A stretch of DNA of 63,912 nucleotides, filler included, from Folioceros fuciformis (Eukaryota): the NCBI GenBank assembly GCA_049999805.1. It is 5 parts of 5 records of this genome, joined end to end, with 100 filler letters (N's around TTAATTAATTAA, not from the genome) between each part and the next. Parts side by side here need not be neighbours in the genome. Positions count along the whole stretch, not along the records: positions 37,990 to 60,201 come from JBNGIO010006396.1; 4 more parts are not named here. The stretch is one strand, 5' to 3'. The notes below the pieces were generated by a model. That model searched no databases. It was not told the DNA's origin and saw only the letters and a program-made list of their open reading frames with translations. The translations under genes and the position numbers were made by a program. Within the stretch, counting starts at the first letter, position 1; each line of letters begins with the position of its first letter. Shown here piece by piece: positions 39,440-51,209 of the stretch.

Positions 39440-39680
39440 GTTATACCGTAAATCCTAAAGCCTCTTTAAGCCTTCGACTACTGTTAAAGCCTACACGCTA
39501 CATCCTAACCCTAAAGCCTATTAAAGCCTTCGATGATTGTTAAAGCCTATACGCTACATCTTAAACCCTCTTCAAGGCTTTAGCTCTAAACCCTAAAGCC
39601 TCTTTAAGCCTTCGACTACTTTTAAAGCCCACACCCTACATCCTAAACCCTCTTAAAGGCTTTAGCTCTAAACCCGAAAC
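39440..39680 (+). repeat. Degenerate repeats with telomere-like CCCTAAA motifs
   Basis: Recurring AAGCCTTCGA, CTACATCCTAA and AACCCTAAAGCC units. Confidence 0.65.
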
Positions 39681-39704
39681 CACCCTTTACGTGTCAAGGT
39701 TATC

Positions 39705-40380
39705 AGAATAGACTTGAACTCTTAGTGACGACGTGTTGCGACAACATTCTAAGGACAAACTTGAACTCTGTGTTACAACATTCTGAGAATAGACTTGAAC
39801 TCGTAGTAGGTCCTATGACAACCTTCTAAGGACAAACTTGAACTCTTACTGACAACATTGGAAGAACATGCTTGAACTCTCAGTGAGTGACGAGGTCATG
39901 TGACAACGTTCATATAATAGGCTTGAACTCTCAATGACCTCACATGCTTGAACTCTCAGTGACGAGGTCATGTGACAACGTTCTGATAGCAGACTTGAAC
40001 TCTTTGTGACCTCACATGCTTGAACTCTCAGTGACGAGGTCATGTTTTGATAACAGACTTGAACTCTCTATGACCTCACATGCTTGAACTCTTAGTGACG
40101 AGGTCATGTGACAACGTTTTGACAATAGACTTGAACTCTCAATGACTTCACATGCTTGAACTCTCAGTGACGAGGTCATGTGACAGTGTTTTGATAACAA
40201 ACTTGAACTCTTAGTGATCTCACATGCTTAAACTCTTAGTGACTAGGTCATGAGACAATGTTATGATAACAAACTTGAACTCTTAGTGACTAAGTCCTTA
40301 GACAATGTTTTAAGAACAAACTTGAACTCTAAAAAACAAGTTCTTGTGACCATATTTAAGGTAGAAACTTAAACTCTCAG
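39705..40380 (+). repeat. CTTGAACTC minisatellite with a ~66-bp higher-order unit
   Basis: CTTGAACTC recurs every ~25-40 bp. Unit TGACCTCACATGCTTGAACTCTCAGTGACGAGGTCATGTGACAACGTT is repeated. Confidence 0.9.
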
Positions 40381-40935
40381 TGTCTCACTCTTACCTTATA
40401 TCTTCTAGTTGAATGCAACCTTGAGGGTATTTCAACATTTTCGTAGGTGGGGTACCAGTGCAAGGCTCAAAAACAAGGGTGATTGTGACCCCTGAAACTG
40501 CATGGGATATGCAAGAAGCCTTTTAATTTGTGATCCTTTCAAGACTATATACATACTAGGAAGGAGAAGAGAAGTAGAGTAAAGACTTCAATTGAGTTAT
40601 GCTCTTTGTTCTTAATCTCTACTGGCCATAGCTTTAGCTTGAAGCTTGATGTTTGTATGAACAAAATTTGGTTCAAAGTAATTAGTCTCTGAACTCCTAG
40701 TAATTAGGATCTTCTAGCTAGAAACACACATATGGTTTGCAAAGCAAGCCATAATTTTCCTTACAAAACCCTTGCATGAAGTTACATATCTAAGAAACAA
40801 TTAAGTAGAGTAGAGATAATTTTTTCTACAATTAATTTAAATTACTACTCCATATGAATGTAAGAGGGCATTATAAGCTTTCAGAAGTTCACATAACAAA
40901 AGGGTCAAACATAACTTACAATACACTAGACATAA

Positions 40936-41430
40936 CTATGGTATGAAAATGCTTGTTTGTTCAAAAGGAGGCTCAGGTACATATGGACAACTATCTAACA
41001 TGGATTTTGTTGAGTATCGAAGATAACAATCAAGGACAAGATTTCTAGCATCACTTGGAATACCTTTACAGAGTTTAATCAAATTAATTTTAATAGAACG
41101 AAGACAGGACAAACATTCTATTGGTGAGGTCATTGTTTCATTGTTCTTATAACATGTCACTACTCCCCACAAAGTAGGGCCATATGCCATTGCGGTTTTG
41201 TAGGAAGCATAGTGAGGCAACCCATGTTCTGTATCGAACCTTCTCCATCCATCAATGATTAGCTCGTCCAAAGCTTGAGATATGAATTCTCCTATTTGCA
41301 CTGACTTAATCAACGGTACACCGCAGTAATGATAAACAGGTTGCAAATTCGGTGAAGCGTGCACTACCCAAAATCGCAAGACGATAACTAATACAACTTC
41401 CGAAAGTAAAACAAACTTGATTTGACTCAT
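40936..41430 (-). CDS. Small secreted Gnk2/DUF26-like cysteine-rich protein (164 aa), tandem paralogue
   Basis: ATG at 41430, same Cys pattern (TCYKNNETMTSPIECLSCL, DCYLRY). 5' and 3' flanks homologous to the first copy. Confidence 0.75.
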   Translation of the reverse strand: MSQIKFVLLSEVVLVIVLRFWVVHASPNLQPVYHYCGVPLIKSVQIGEFISQALDELIIDGWRRFDTEHGLPHYASYKTAMAYGPTLWGVVTCYKNNETMTSPIECLSCLRSIKINLIKLCKGIPSDARNLVLDCYLRYSTKSMLDSCPYVPEPPFEQTSIFIP

Positions 41431-42107
41431 GGCCACTTTACCAAGTTCATATGGAGATGATTTGTAGAGAAAAAAATAATAGGAATGAAAAATATCCTCT
41501 CTAAGATCGCATATATGTCGCAAAAGGAACTATCATTTGAACCTTAAAAACTGGATTGCAAAATGTCGTTTTGGATCAACAACCTTTATAGTTTTTGATC
41601 TATGGAGGTTATTAAATTTTATATTTTGGATAACAATCCGTCATTATAGATCAACAACATTGGTAAATCTTAGCTTCATGAATATAAATACAAGTTGGTA
41701 CAAAAAATTATTTATAATATATAAAAAAATAGAAAAAAAAATTGATTCAGCACACATCATATTATCTAAGACAAATAGGAATCCTTATGTGATTCTATGC
41801 AGAGAATAACAGAGAATGCAGAGAATTAAAATAATAAATATTTAGACAAAAAATAACTCTTTATAAGATTAGGGTTATTAACTTATCCGAGGAAGATGTA
41901 GTTATCCTCGTTATGTAGGCATAGTGTGAATAGAATATGTGTGTTCATATTAAACTAGTGCTAAGAATCTTTGGAAATAGAATATGTATGTTCATTTTAA
42001 ACTACTGTTAAGAGTCTTTTAGCACCTTCATCTTAAACAAACGTGTATGACATCATGATATATAGCAAATCTGATTTATACCCTACATGCCCTTTAGGGC
42101 TTTGTTA

Positions 42108-42195
42108 TCCTAAACCCTAATCACTGTTCCCCAAACCCTAAACTAAGTGTAAACCCTAAACCCTAAACCCTAAACTAAGTGTAAACCCTAAACTA
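42108..42195 (+). repeat. Interstitial plant telomere-like repeats (CCCTAAA)n
   Basis: AAACCCTAAACCCTAAACCCTAAA interrupted by CTAAGTGT. Confidence 0.8.
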
Positions 42196-43719
42196 TCCTT
42201 GAATCTTTAGCTCTTTTCCAGTGGCTCTTGTCATTTTTTTTAGATGGGATCCTCATCTATTTTTTAATAGAATGTATGATAATAGTTACAAGTTATAAGG
42301 TCAAGATCTATATGCATAGATGAGTGTATAGAACGGAGTTTGTGGTTATCAAGGCCATGAGTGCAGGTACTGATGAAGCCATCTCAGGCATGCACCAAAG
42401 ATTAATGGCTCTGTCTAGACAGGAGAGGAGAAAGTTGGGAAATCACATCTCTCAACATGACAGACTTGTTTGATTTGTATAAATGAACAACATCCAAGGT
42501 AGAAACACAGTTGACCTAAATTTTGTTTAGGACTTGTAATACAAAGATGAAATCTCATGCAAAAGCATGCTTCAATACTGCAGATTTATTACTATTACAG
42601 TCTTGACATAAAAGTGTAGGGAGTGATCATAGATGAAGCTTGAGAGATCACTATGATGGTACATGTGAGGTGTAGCAATGGCATTGTAAAATCCACATTT
42701 GCCTCTTAACATTGCAAGGTTCCTCGTGGGTTGTCCATATCCATGGTGATCAATAGGTCTTTCTGTAGGCTCATAATCTCGGAACAATGATATGGCAAAC
42801 AATAGGTCTCATAGTTTGGGCACAGCCACAAGATCAAGTGGTATTCATCGCTAACAAGGACTTTGATCGTGTTGTCAAAGTCCAAGATTCTCAGGGCAGA
42901 ATACCAGCAAGTAATATATGCTCGCAACAAGCTATTGACTTGTGAGCTCCAATCAAGCACCTTGCCCATGGCCCCACATACAATTGTAGTCTCTTGTGGC
43001 CAAGAATTATAAAAGGTCTTTCTAGCGTGCATATTAAGGAACACCACGTTGCGGATAAAGTCCAATGACGCAGGTGGTCACCACCTCCGACGTCATTCAA
43101 GGGTGCACTTTCCACGACCGGGAGTACAGATCCTTGCGCCCCATCCGTAAGGCACCAGTGCTTCCACATACGGCAACCAAGAGCAACGTGAGGCCCCGCC
43201 ACCTTCATGCGTTCATACACGGCACGTGCCTCTTCACAAAGTCGTTCAACTTGCTGGATAATATGTAAGGGCAGTCCATGTCGCGCATCCTTTAAGGCAA
43301 AGCATGGCATCAATCCTGTAGCGCCCACAATTTAAATCTGTACATGCCCAGCAGGGAGGTGCCAGATGTTATGGAGGCAGCAGCGTCCTCATCTTTTTGA
43401 TGCACACACAGTTTACAACGACAAACGGAATGTTTCTGTTTCGCATACAGTACTGAGTGCAATGTGACTATTCTCCCCGCGGCAGGCATGATACAGTATG
43501 TGTATTCAAGGTAGACTATAATAGGCGACTTGAAGGAACCCAAAAGGGAAGCATTCTCATTCAACGCGCTTGGTCAGGGACCAACCGCCGCGGTTTCTTC
43601 TGATGAGTCCAAACCAAGGGGTGACGGTGCATGGGCTAGGAGCGTACCTGATCTAAGGGCAGGTGCTAGGTCTTACCGTCCACAAAACTTCGTCCATTGT
43701 CATTTTGACCCCGTCCCAA

Positions 43720-43915
43720 GCTCGGTCCTGACTGATGATGGAGAAGGACTGATCAGCATTTGGTTACAGCACCCCTTATAGTCACCCCCGAAAGGGTGTG
43801 TGACTCTTGAAGGAGGAGCTCGGTCCTGACTGATGATGGAGAATGACTGATTAGCATTTGGTTACAGCACCCCTTATAGTCACCCCCGAAAGGGTGTGTG
43901 ACTCTTGAAGGAGGA
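43720..43915 (+). repeat. ~98-bp direct tandem duplication
   Basis: AGCTCGGTCCTGACTGATGATGGAGAA...CTCTTGAAGGAGG occurs twice. Confidence 0.9.
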
Positions 43916-44529
43916 GGTTGGCCTAACATCTAGACGTCCCCATTTTTCCCAAGGACCGACGGCTCCAAAAAGGCCCAGTCCTCATCTTAAATGGAATGAT
44001 ATTGTTAGATCTGGGAAGAGCACCCTCCACACCAGAATATACCAGACATAAGAATACAGAGTCCACAAAGTTCGGTCCGGGACCGAGAGTAGCAACGCTG
44101 GGCGGTCCCGAGGACCGAGACAATACTCGGTCAAAATGACAGCCTTGGGCCGCCGCCTGAGGCTGAGGCTGACTCAGGGCTGAGGCTACCTTCCATGTGA
44201 AGAAAGGCATCTTTCGCGCAAGTAGCAAGAGTCACGTCGTGTTGTGACAAGTAGGGCGGAAGGAGGGTTGGAAGCAGCAGTTCACAAAACTTTAGCCTTT
44301 CCTGTCCGCGATGCTGGCCCACTCAATCCACAACACCAAGTCATGGTTTGATAAAATGTGCAAGTATGGAGCACGACTATCCACTCGTTGCAGACAAGAG
44401 AGAGCGTGGGGAGTATGTAGAAAAGCCAAGCACGCTCATGCCTTGATGAGTGGAGAGGAGTGAAGCCCGTCAGCTCTCGTGCTGGCTACCACTCAACCCT
44501 CTGGTCTCGCGGAGATTGAAGAGTCTTGT

Positions 44530-45090
44530 ATGGTGTACCAACTCTCCTCGACTGTGTGTGCTTTGAGGTTGACGTCCCCCCCCCTAGCCTATCCTTGTCT
44601 GGCGTCCCAATCCTCCTCGAGTTTGTGTGCCGTGAGGTTGGTGTCCGCTAGGCTGCCTATCCTTGTTTGGTATGCCAATCCTCCTCGAGTGTGTGCTTGT
44701 GAGGTTGCTGGCACGTAGCATATCATCGTCTGCTGTGGCAATCCTCGTCGACAGTGTGTGCTGTGAAGTTGACGTCCCCTAACCTATCCTTGTCTGGTGT
44801 CCCTATCCTCCTCGAGTGTGTGTGCTGAGGTTGGAGTCCCTTAGGCTGTCTGTCCTTGTTTGGTGTGCTCGAGGGTGTGCCTGTGAGGTTGCTATCCCGT
44901 AGCATATCCCTGCCTGGTGTGCCAGTCCTCCTCGAGTGTGTGTGCTGTGAGGTTGATGTCCCCTAGCCTATCCTTGTTTGGTCTGCCTATCCTCCTCGAG
45001 TGTGTGCTTGTGAGATTGCTGTCCCGTCCGGTAGCCTGCCCGAGTCTGGTCTCCCAATCCTTGAGTGTGTGATGTGAGCTTGCTGACCCT
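44530..45090 (+). repeat. ~62-66-bp minisatellite directly upstream of the LRR gene
   Basis: About 9 copies of ATCCTTGT..GG....CC.ATCCTCCTCGAGTGTGTG..GTGAGGTTG. Confidence 0.85.
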
Positions 45091-45162
45091 GCTACAAAAC
45101 GGATTATACATACAATCCATTCATCATACTTGCTAGAATTGGGAAGCGCAGCTTCGCACAGC

Positions 45163-47808
45163 ATGGCAGCGGAGTCGGACTATGACTGGCATGAGTTGCC
45201 GGAGAAGCTGCAACAGCTGCTGGTAGATCTGGAAGACAATGCCTTGTCCGAACTCCCGGACTTGGACGGAGAGGAGTACGGCAATTTCTTCGTATATGGA
45301 GCTTCGAACAGCAGCGATGGCAGGCACGGGCGAGTGCGGAATCGGGTATTGACAGCAATTGGCCAGTGCCGCAGTCTCCGAAGCCCGAAGATTATTGAGG
45401 AGTGGGAAATCGGCATTGATCGGGAGGATGAATGCGTGGTTCTGCTGGGTGCCCTGGCATCCAACCCTTCCCTGGAATCGCTTGATCTGAGTTGGTGCAA
45501 AGGTTTTGCTACGCTGGCGGGTTGCAAGGCCCTGGGCCAGCTTATTGCTTCCAGTCGCAGCTTGCGACGGCTGGAGGCACGCGGGATCGGGGTTGATGCC
45601 ACGGGACTTGGTGCTCTGGTCGAAGGCTTCTTCAACAAGGATTGTGTCCTAGAGTATTTGAACCTCAGCCGCAACAGCGTGGGAGATGCTGAAGGGGCAC
45701 AGCACCTGGCTCGCATGCTGGCCACCGCTCCCCGTCTCAAAACCCTGGATTTGCGTCGGATCGGCATGGATGAGGCGGGAGCCCAGTTTATTGCGAACGC
45801 TCTTCCACTCTGTGCCACGCTCCGGAAGCTTTATTTGGATGCTCTAGATCCAACTGACCAGGATACAGTCTGGGGTCTCGTGCAGGGTAGCCTGGGGCCC
45901 GTCAGCAGTGTGTTGAAACTTGCTTTCACACGTGCCGGTGCTGATGCTGCCATATCTGGGGTCACCAAGCTGATATTGGATATCAGCGACAGCGAGAAGC
46001 CAGGCCTGGCCGACGCGCTGTCCGGAATGTTGCGCACCAACGATCGTATCACGAAGCTTGAGATCAACCTTTCTGCCGTTGAGTGCGGTCTGGGCGCCTG
46101 GCGCCACAACTCCACCCTCTCTAAACTAAACTTGGTTGAGTTTCGCGACGGTGACAAATCTTTGAGTGAATTTTCGATGTCGTTTCTGGACTGCAAATCA
46201 TTACGTGTCCTGACTTTGCGTAGGATTTTTTGGCCCACTTTCATGAAAGCATTGATGCAGTCTTTGGAGAAAAGAACATCTTTGAATGAACTCAACATTG
46301 TGTCATGTGATGACCTCGATGATGAGCTCTCCAGAGAGTTGATGCAGTTCGTCCGAGCCAGCACCACTTTACGGAAGCTGAACATGGAGGGCACAGAGTG
46401 CGATTGGGAAGAGAATGCGGCCATCATCCGCGCAACGTTGGCACGAAATGCTACTCAAAGCGACCGCTGGGGGAGGATTGCGGAGGAGGAGAAGGAGGAG
46501 GATGACTGGAGCGCGATGCCGGCTGAGCTGCAACAGCTGGTGGAACATCTGGAAGGGAATGCCTTGTCCGAACTCCCCTACTGGGAGGATGAGTGTTACC
46601 GTGATTACTTCCCAGAGCCACATCCTTGGTGTATTATGGATGGCCACTACTTCGGAGAGCTTGGTCGTCGTAGGAGGCACTGGCGAGTGCGCAAGCGGGT
46701 ATTGACAGCTATTGGCCACTGTCGCAGTCTCGGCGACGACCTGACTTTCTTCGCGGAGTGGGAAATCGGCATCGTTCAGGAGGATGAATGCGCGGTTCTG
46801 TTGGGGGCCTTGGCATCTAACCCTTGCTTGGAAACTCTTTGTCTGGATGAGAGCCAAGGCTTTGGAACGCTGGCGGGTTGCAAGGCCTTGGGCCAGCTTA
46901 TTGCTTCCAGTCGCAGCTTGCGACGGCTGGAGGTAAGCTGTATAGGGCTTGATGCCACGGGACTTGGTGCTCTGGTTGACGGGTTCTTCAACAAGGATTG
47001 TGTTCTGGAGTATTTGAACCTAGGACACAACAGAGTGGGAAATGCTGAAGGGGCACAGCACCTGGCTCGCATGATGGCCACCGCTCCCCGTCTCAATACC
47101 CTGGATTTGTGTGGGATCGGCATGGATGAGGCGGGAGCCCAGTGTATTGCGAACGCTCTTCCGCTCTGTGCCACGCTCCGGGAACTTTATTTGGATGATA
47201 TATATTCGTGTGCCGGGTATTCCAGTTCGCGTGTCCTACAGGGCAGTCTGGGGTCCATTAGCACTGTGTTGAAACTTGCTTTCACCCGTGCTGATGCTGA
47301 TGCCGCCATATCTGGGGTCACCAAGCTGTCATTGTATATCCCGGACAAGGGGGAGCCAGGCCTGGCTGACGCGCTGGAGGGAATGTTGCGCACCAACGAT
47401 CGTATCACGGAGCTTAGTATCCAAGGTTTTTCGAGTGGGATGGACGGTATTTCGTATGGGATGGACGGTTCTTCGAGTGGGATCGAATACCGCCTGGACG
47501 TTGATGATGAATTTCCGATGTTTTCTCTGGAATGCAAATCATTACGTATCCTCACTTTGATGGGTATTTGTTGGCCCTCTTTCATGAAAGCGTTGTTGCA
47601 GTCTTTGGAGAAAAATACATCTTTGAAGGAGCTCAGGATTATGAGGTGTTATCCTCTCGACGATTACCTCTTCAGAGAGTTGATGCAGTCCCTCCAAGTG
47701 AACACCACTTTACAGAAGATGGACATAGTGTCCACAGACTGGGGTGTTGAGGGAAAGCAGGCAATCATCGACGCGACATTGGAACGCAATGCTACTCACA
47801 AGGCCTAG
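45163..47808 (+). CDS. RNI-like LRR ORF of two tandem ~440-aa modules; N-terminal part of a Roco gene truncated by TAG
   Basis: ATG at 45163. Modules start DWHELPEKLQQLL and DWSAMPAELQQLV, and both end ATLxRNAT. Roc motifs follow the stop. Confidence 0.8.
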   Translation: MAAESDYDWHELPEKLQQLLVDLEDNALSELPDLDGEEYGNFFVYGASNSSDGRHGRVRNRVLTAIGQCRSLRSPKIIEEWEIGIDREDECVVLLGALASNPSLESLDLSWCKGFATLAGCKALGQLIASSRSLRRLEARGIGVDATGLGALVEGFFNKDCVLEYLNLSRNSVGDAEGAQHLARMLATAPRLKTLDLRRIGMDEAGAQFIANALPLCATLRKLYLDALDPTDQDTVWGLVQGSLGPVSSVLKLAFTRAGADAAISGVTKLILDISDSEKPGLADALSGMLRTNDRITKLEINLSAVECGLGAWRHNSTLSKLNLVEFRDGDKSLSEFSMSFLDCKSLRVLTLRRIFWPTFMKALMQSLEKRTSLNELNIVSCDDLDDELSRELMQFVRASTTLRKLNMEGTECDWEENAAIIRATLARNATQSDRWGRIAEEEKEEDDWSAMPAELQQLVEHLEGNALSELPYWEDECYRDYFPEPHPWCIMDGHYFGELGRRRRHWRVRKRVLTAIGHCRSLGDDLTFFAEWEIGIVQEDECAVLLGALASNPCLETLCLDESQGFGTLAGCKALGQLIASSRSLRRLEVSCIGLDATGLGALVDGFFNKDCVLEYLNLGHNRVGNAEGAQHLARMMATAPRLNTLDLCGIGMDEAGAQCIANALPLCATLRELYLDDIYSCAGYSSSRVLQGSLGSISTVLKLAFTRADADAAISGVTKLSLYIPDKGEPGLADALEGMLRTNDRITELSIQGFSSGMDGISYGMDGSSSGIEYRLDVDDEFPMFSLECKSLRILTLMGICWPSFMKALLQSLEKNTSLKELRIMRCYPLDDYLFRELMQSLQVNTTLQKMDIVSTDWGVEGKQAIIDATLERNATHKA

Positions 47809-48400
47809 TGGCCTTTGCTTTCGGAGGGGCACGAGGCTGTGAAGCCCAGGGTCGGGTCTTTTCCTGTGCGGTGCACCTTACGCACGGAAGACCACTCTCC
47901 GCACCACATGATTACCGCATGGCACGCATCACAAACACACACAAGTACAGCAGCCGCATCACCCAACCACAACGGTACTGTCACCAGAACAGAAGGAAAG
48001 GAAATCGAGGTGCTGCGCAACGACGATGAGATGGAAGACTACTTGTTCCCGAGCTTCAATCAGACGTGTTTTCCTGTTCACCTTCAACCCACTTGATGCC
48101 GACAAGCCTGGCGAACCCCCTTCCGTCCCATGAAACGCTGCTGGACAAGTTCAGAAACGGCTTTAAGTTTTGGCTTAGATTCATCCACTCTAATTCTCGC
48201 AACGTGGGTTCCTGTTTGCCTCGGGTATTTGTGGTTATCACTCATAAGGATGAGATGGAGGATGGGGACGCTGAATTACTAGTAGATGTGCTGCAACCAG
48301 TCATGACACAGTTGGCCAAGGATTTTGAGGAGGCACTCCTTATCACGACAACGCCTCTATTCTTCATGGATGGTCGATGCGAAGAGACTGTGCAGCCCGA
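47809..48400 (+). pseudogene. Degenerate Roc GTPase domain continuing the LRR ORF
   Basis: Across frames: LFLCGAPYARKTT (Walker A G to R), RTEGKEIEVL, DYLFPSFNQ, FLFTFNP, FWLRFIHSNS and PRVFVVITHKD. The WDLAGQ segment is deleted. Collinear with 25200-25770. Confidence 0.85.
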
Positions 48401-48409
48401 AGAGGGTCC

Positions 48410-48990
48410 ACACGGAACAGGGTACGTTCTCTCAAGGTAGAGAAGACAAGGCAGAGAAGCTTTACGTTGAAGATGATATTTTGGAGCCCATCGCTGAATG
48501 CAAGCTTTTGGCAAACAACCCTAAGACCTTTCTCATAAATGCTTGTCGAGGCACTGGCAATCTCGTCAGAAGCATGAAAGCGCAGGAGTCAAGCACCACC
48601 AACCCTGCAACCAGCAGCAAAGCCAACGTGTCAGACGTTGAGGGAAGCCAAGTTGTGAGCAAGAGAGTTCGACCATTGTCCTCTGTGAAAGACCTCCTAA
48701 CCGATTTCTCCACCAGTCCTGGAGATGAATCTTTGAGAGATGTGGAGGTAGGCACAAACTTCATCATAGCTTTGATGGAAGCCATCGTGGAGGGCTCTGG
48801 AACAGAAGGTGTCGTGAGCATTCTGACAAGCGTGATTGGCAAGGTCACGGGCAAGGAGGTCCAACACAGAACCAAAGACGGGACTGTGAGAAGAAATATC
48901 AGTGTCCTGAGTTGCGCATGCGCAGTACACGTACCAGAAAGCTGTACTGGTCTCGACCACCCCAGACTCCTGTCATGCCTGGCTTGAGTC
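48410..48990 (+). pseudogene. Caspase-like domain copy 1 (C-terminal p20, linker, p10) abutting the Roc domain
   Basis: CKLLANNPKTFLINACRG (Cys codon 48544-48546), DLLTDFSTSPGDESLRDVEVGTNFIIAL and SILT..IGKV. The His region is deleted and there is a frameshift near 48882. Confidence 0.88.
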
Positions 48991-49915
48991 AGTAGCATGT
49001 TGCCAGGGCCTGTGAGGCCTTCAATCAAGTGTCAGGTATGCTCTTCAGCTACCATACTGTTGGTGTATCAAATACTGCTTCTGATAGACCTTGTCGCTTC
49101 TCCCTTGCCCGGAATTCTTTCCTGTTGGGCAAGAGAGACCTCTCACAGCGTCGTGATGGGGATGAACAAATGATGCCCCATGGAGGCTATGCGTAGGGAG
49201 GGAAGGACGTTCGCGCTTGTACACACACACTTGCGGCTCTTGGTTTTCAGAGGCAAGTGAGTGATTAAGATTTGCGGCCTTGTGGCTTTCACAATACTTG
49301 CACAATGTCAGAATGTATCTTTCATCTTCCCGACCAGCCGTAGCTTGGTCCCTCAGTGAAATCGCGTGTGCACCTTCTGCCTTCAAGTCACAGTGACACC
49401 AGGGAAGAACGAGGGGTAGCTCACTACTTGTGTTAACTGGATTCCCTTTTCTAGCGCGTCACCTGTAGCACATGCACAGGTATAGCTTTTAGTCATCCAA
49501 TCGAGGAGCAGACGTGCGCCATGGGTGCCTCCCTTCCTGTGGCAGGCCATAAGAACCGGATCACGGAGATGAGAAACCATTAGCCCCTTCAGGAGCATGG
49601 CAGCAGGACATGCCGAAGGTCCGCCCTTCATCACCATCTGTCCCCTGCTCGGTTTGCCAAATCGGTCTTCGGATGATGGTTAATCGTCTGACAATCCAGT
49701 TTCTACAGCGTTACGATGACAAGCACAGCCTGAGCACACTTGCCTGGTCACTGCCTTTTCAATCTAACTTGCATCTTGCATCTCTGTACTTCCCAGTCCC
49801 AACTACCAGGCAAGAAAAGCTTCCAGCCATCGCTCGCCGGCATGTAGCGGGGCCCTGGGCCTGCCTGTTGCATCCTGCCGCACCTCACGGAGGCTTCAAG
49901 TACAGTATTTGCAAT

Positions 49916-50250
49916 TGAGGGTTGGTACCGTGGGAGCGAATGCCCTCGCCAAAGGCTTTTGTGGCGGGGAACTTGGACTTGCGGACGAACCAGGTGGGAG
50001 GTGCTTCGGCACCTGACCCGCATTCTGGCGTCTGCTCCCGAACTCAAGAATTTGCCACAGCATGACACCGGCATGGATGTGGATTGGGATGCTCTTCCCC
50101 TCTGTAGCACGCTCCACAAGTTTGGAACACGGCGTTGCATTCTCGGGTCGCAACCCCAGCATTCTCCGCAGGAGCGATGCGGTCAGATTCGCTCTCACCC
50201 GCACTGATGGGAACGCCTCCGCGTCTGGAATCACAGAGCTTCCTTGGGCT
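49916..50250 (+). pseudogene. LRR-Roco family remnant
   Basis: RHLTRILASAPELKNL..GMD..ALPLCSTLHK matches QHLARMLATAPRLKTL..GMD..ALPLCATLRK of the 45163 ORF. Confidence 0.75.
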
Positions 50251-51209
50251 GGATGTCGGGGAGGAGAAAGCGTAGGTCGGACTTGTCGAAGGGAGGAGGG
50301 CATACTTGTACATACTTTACATAATAATGCACACATGTCGACGGCAGAATGGTTGATGTCTCCCGACACCCAAACTCATCCTCTAGGCTTTTACATCTTT
50401 CATGCTTTGTATTAAAAACTTAAGAATGTTAATACGCTTCGTAGATCAAATCACTTAAGCTTGTATTTCTAAGTAATAGGGGACAACTTTCAATGAGATT
50501 CTAAGTATATACTCATACATAAAAGCTTCTCTAAACCTAAACCTTGAACAACCTTTGGATATGAAAAAATATAACCTAGACTCATAACTATACTCCATGG
50601 CTTAGGAGGACAAAGGTTATAAGCTTGCAAGCTATTTTCATGTTCCACTTACTTAAAGTATTCCATGCTCATATCTTAGGAGTAATTAGTTTTTATAAAT
50701 TATTTTTGGTTTTTTTGAAGAAATTATTTTCCTTATATTTTAAGATAAAATGACTTTAAGCTTCCCTCTTTAAAAGTCATCTCTTTAAAAGTCATTAAAA
50801 TCATTTTAAAAGTTAATGACTTTAAGCATCTCTTTTTATTAAAATGTATGATAATAATCATTCAAGACCTATACGCATAGATCAGTGTACAGCGTAGTTT
50901 GTGGTTACCCAAGGCAATCAGTGCATGTACTGGTGAAGCCATCTCAGGCATGACCCTAAGATTAATGGCCCTGTCTAGACCTGTTGCAAAGAGAAGGAGA
51001 GAAGAATCGTGAAGGGCGTGCAGTGACAAGCTTGCAGCCATTACCATCTATGATGATGAAGGTTTATCTTGTACTGTGAAGAAGGGACCGGGCTGTTACA
51101 AATCCAAGCTAACCGAGTAGGAGGCAGGATTTTCACATACATGTGCTTGCACGTGGAGCATTCCTTGCTCGCAATTGCAACTGAAGCATCCTTTGGTCAG
51201 GACCTGGAG

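Noticed and set aside
39705-40380. CRISPR-like periodic array
   Set aside because: Spacers are repetitive rather than unique, there are no cas genes, and the context is eukaryotic.
43730-43800. Hammerhead ribozyme (CTGATGA...GAAA)
   Set aside because: No convincing stem II/III pairing or correctly placed cleavage triplet.
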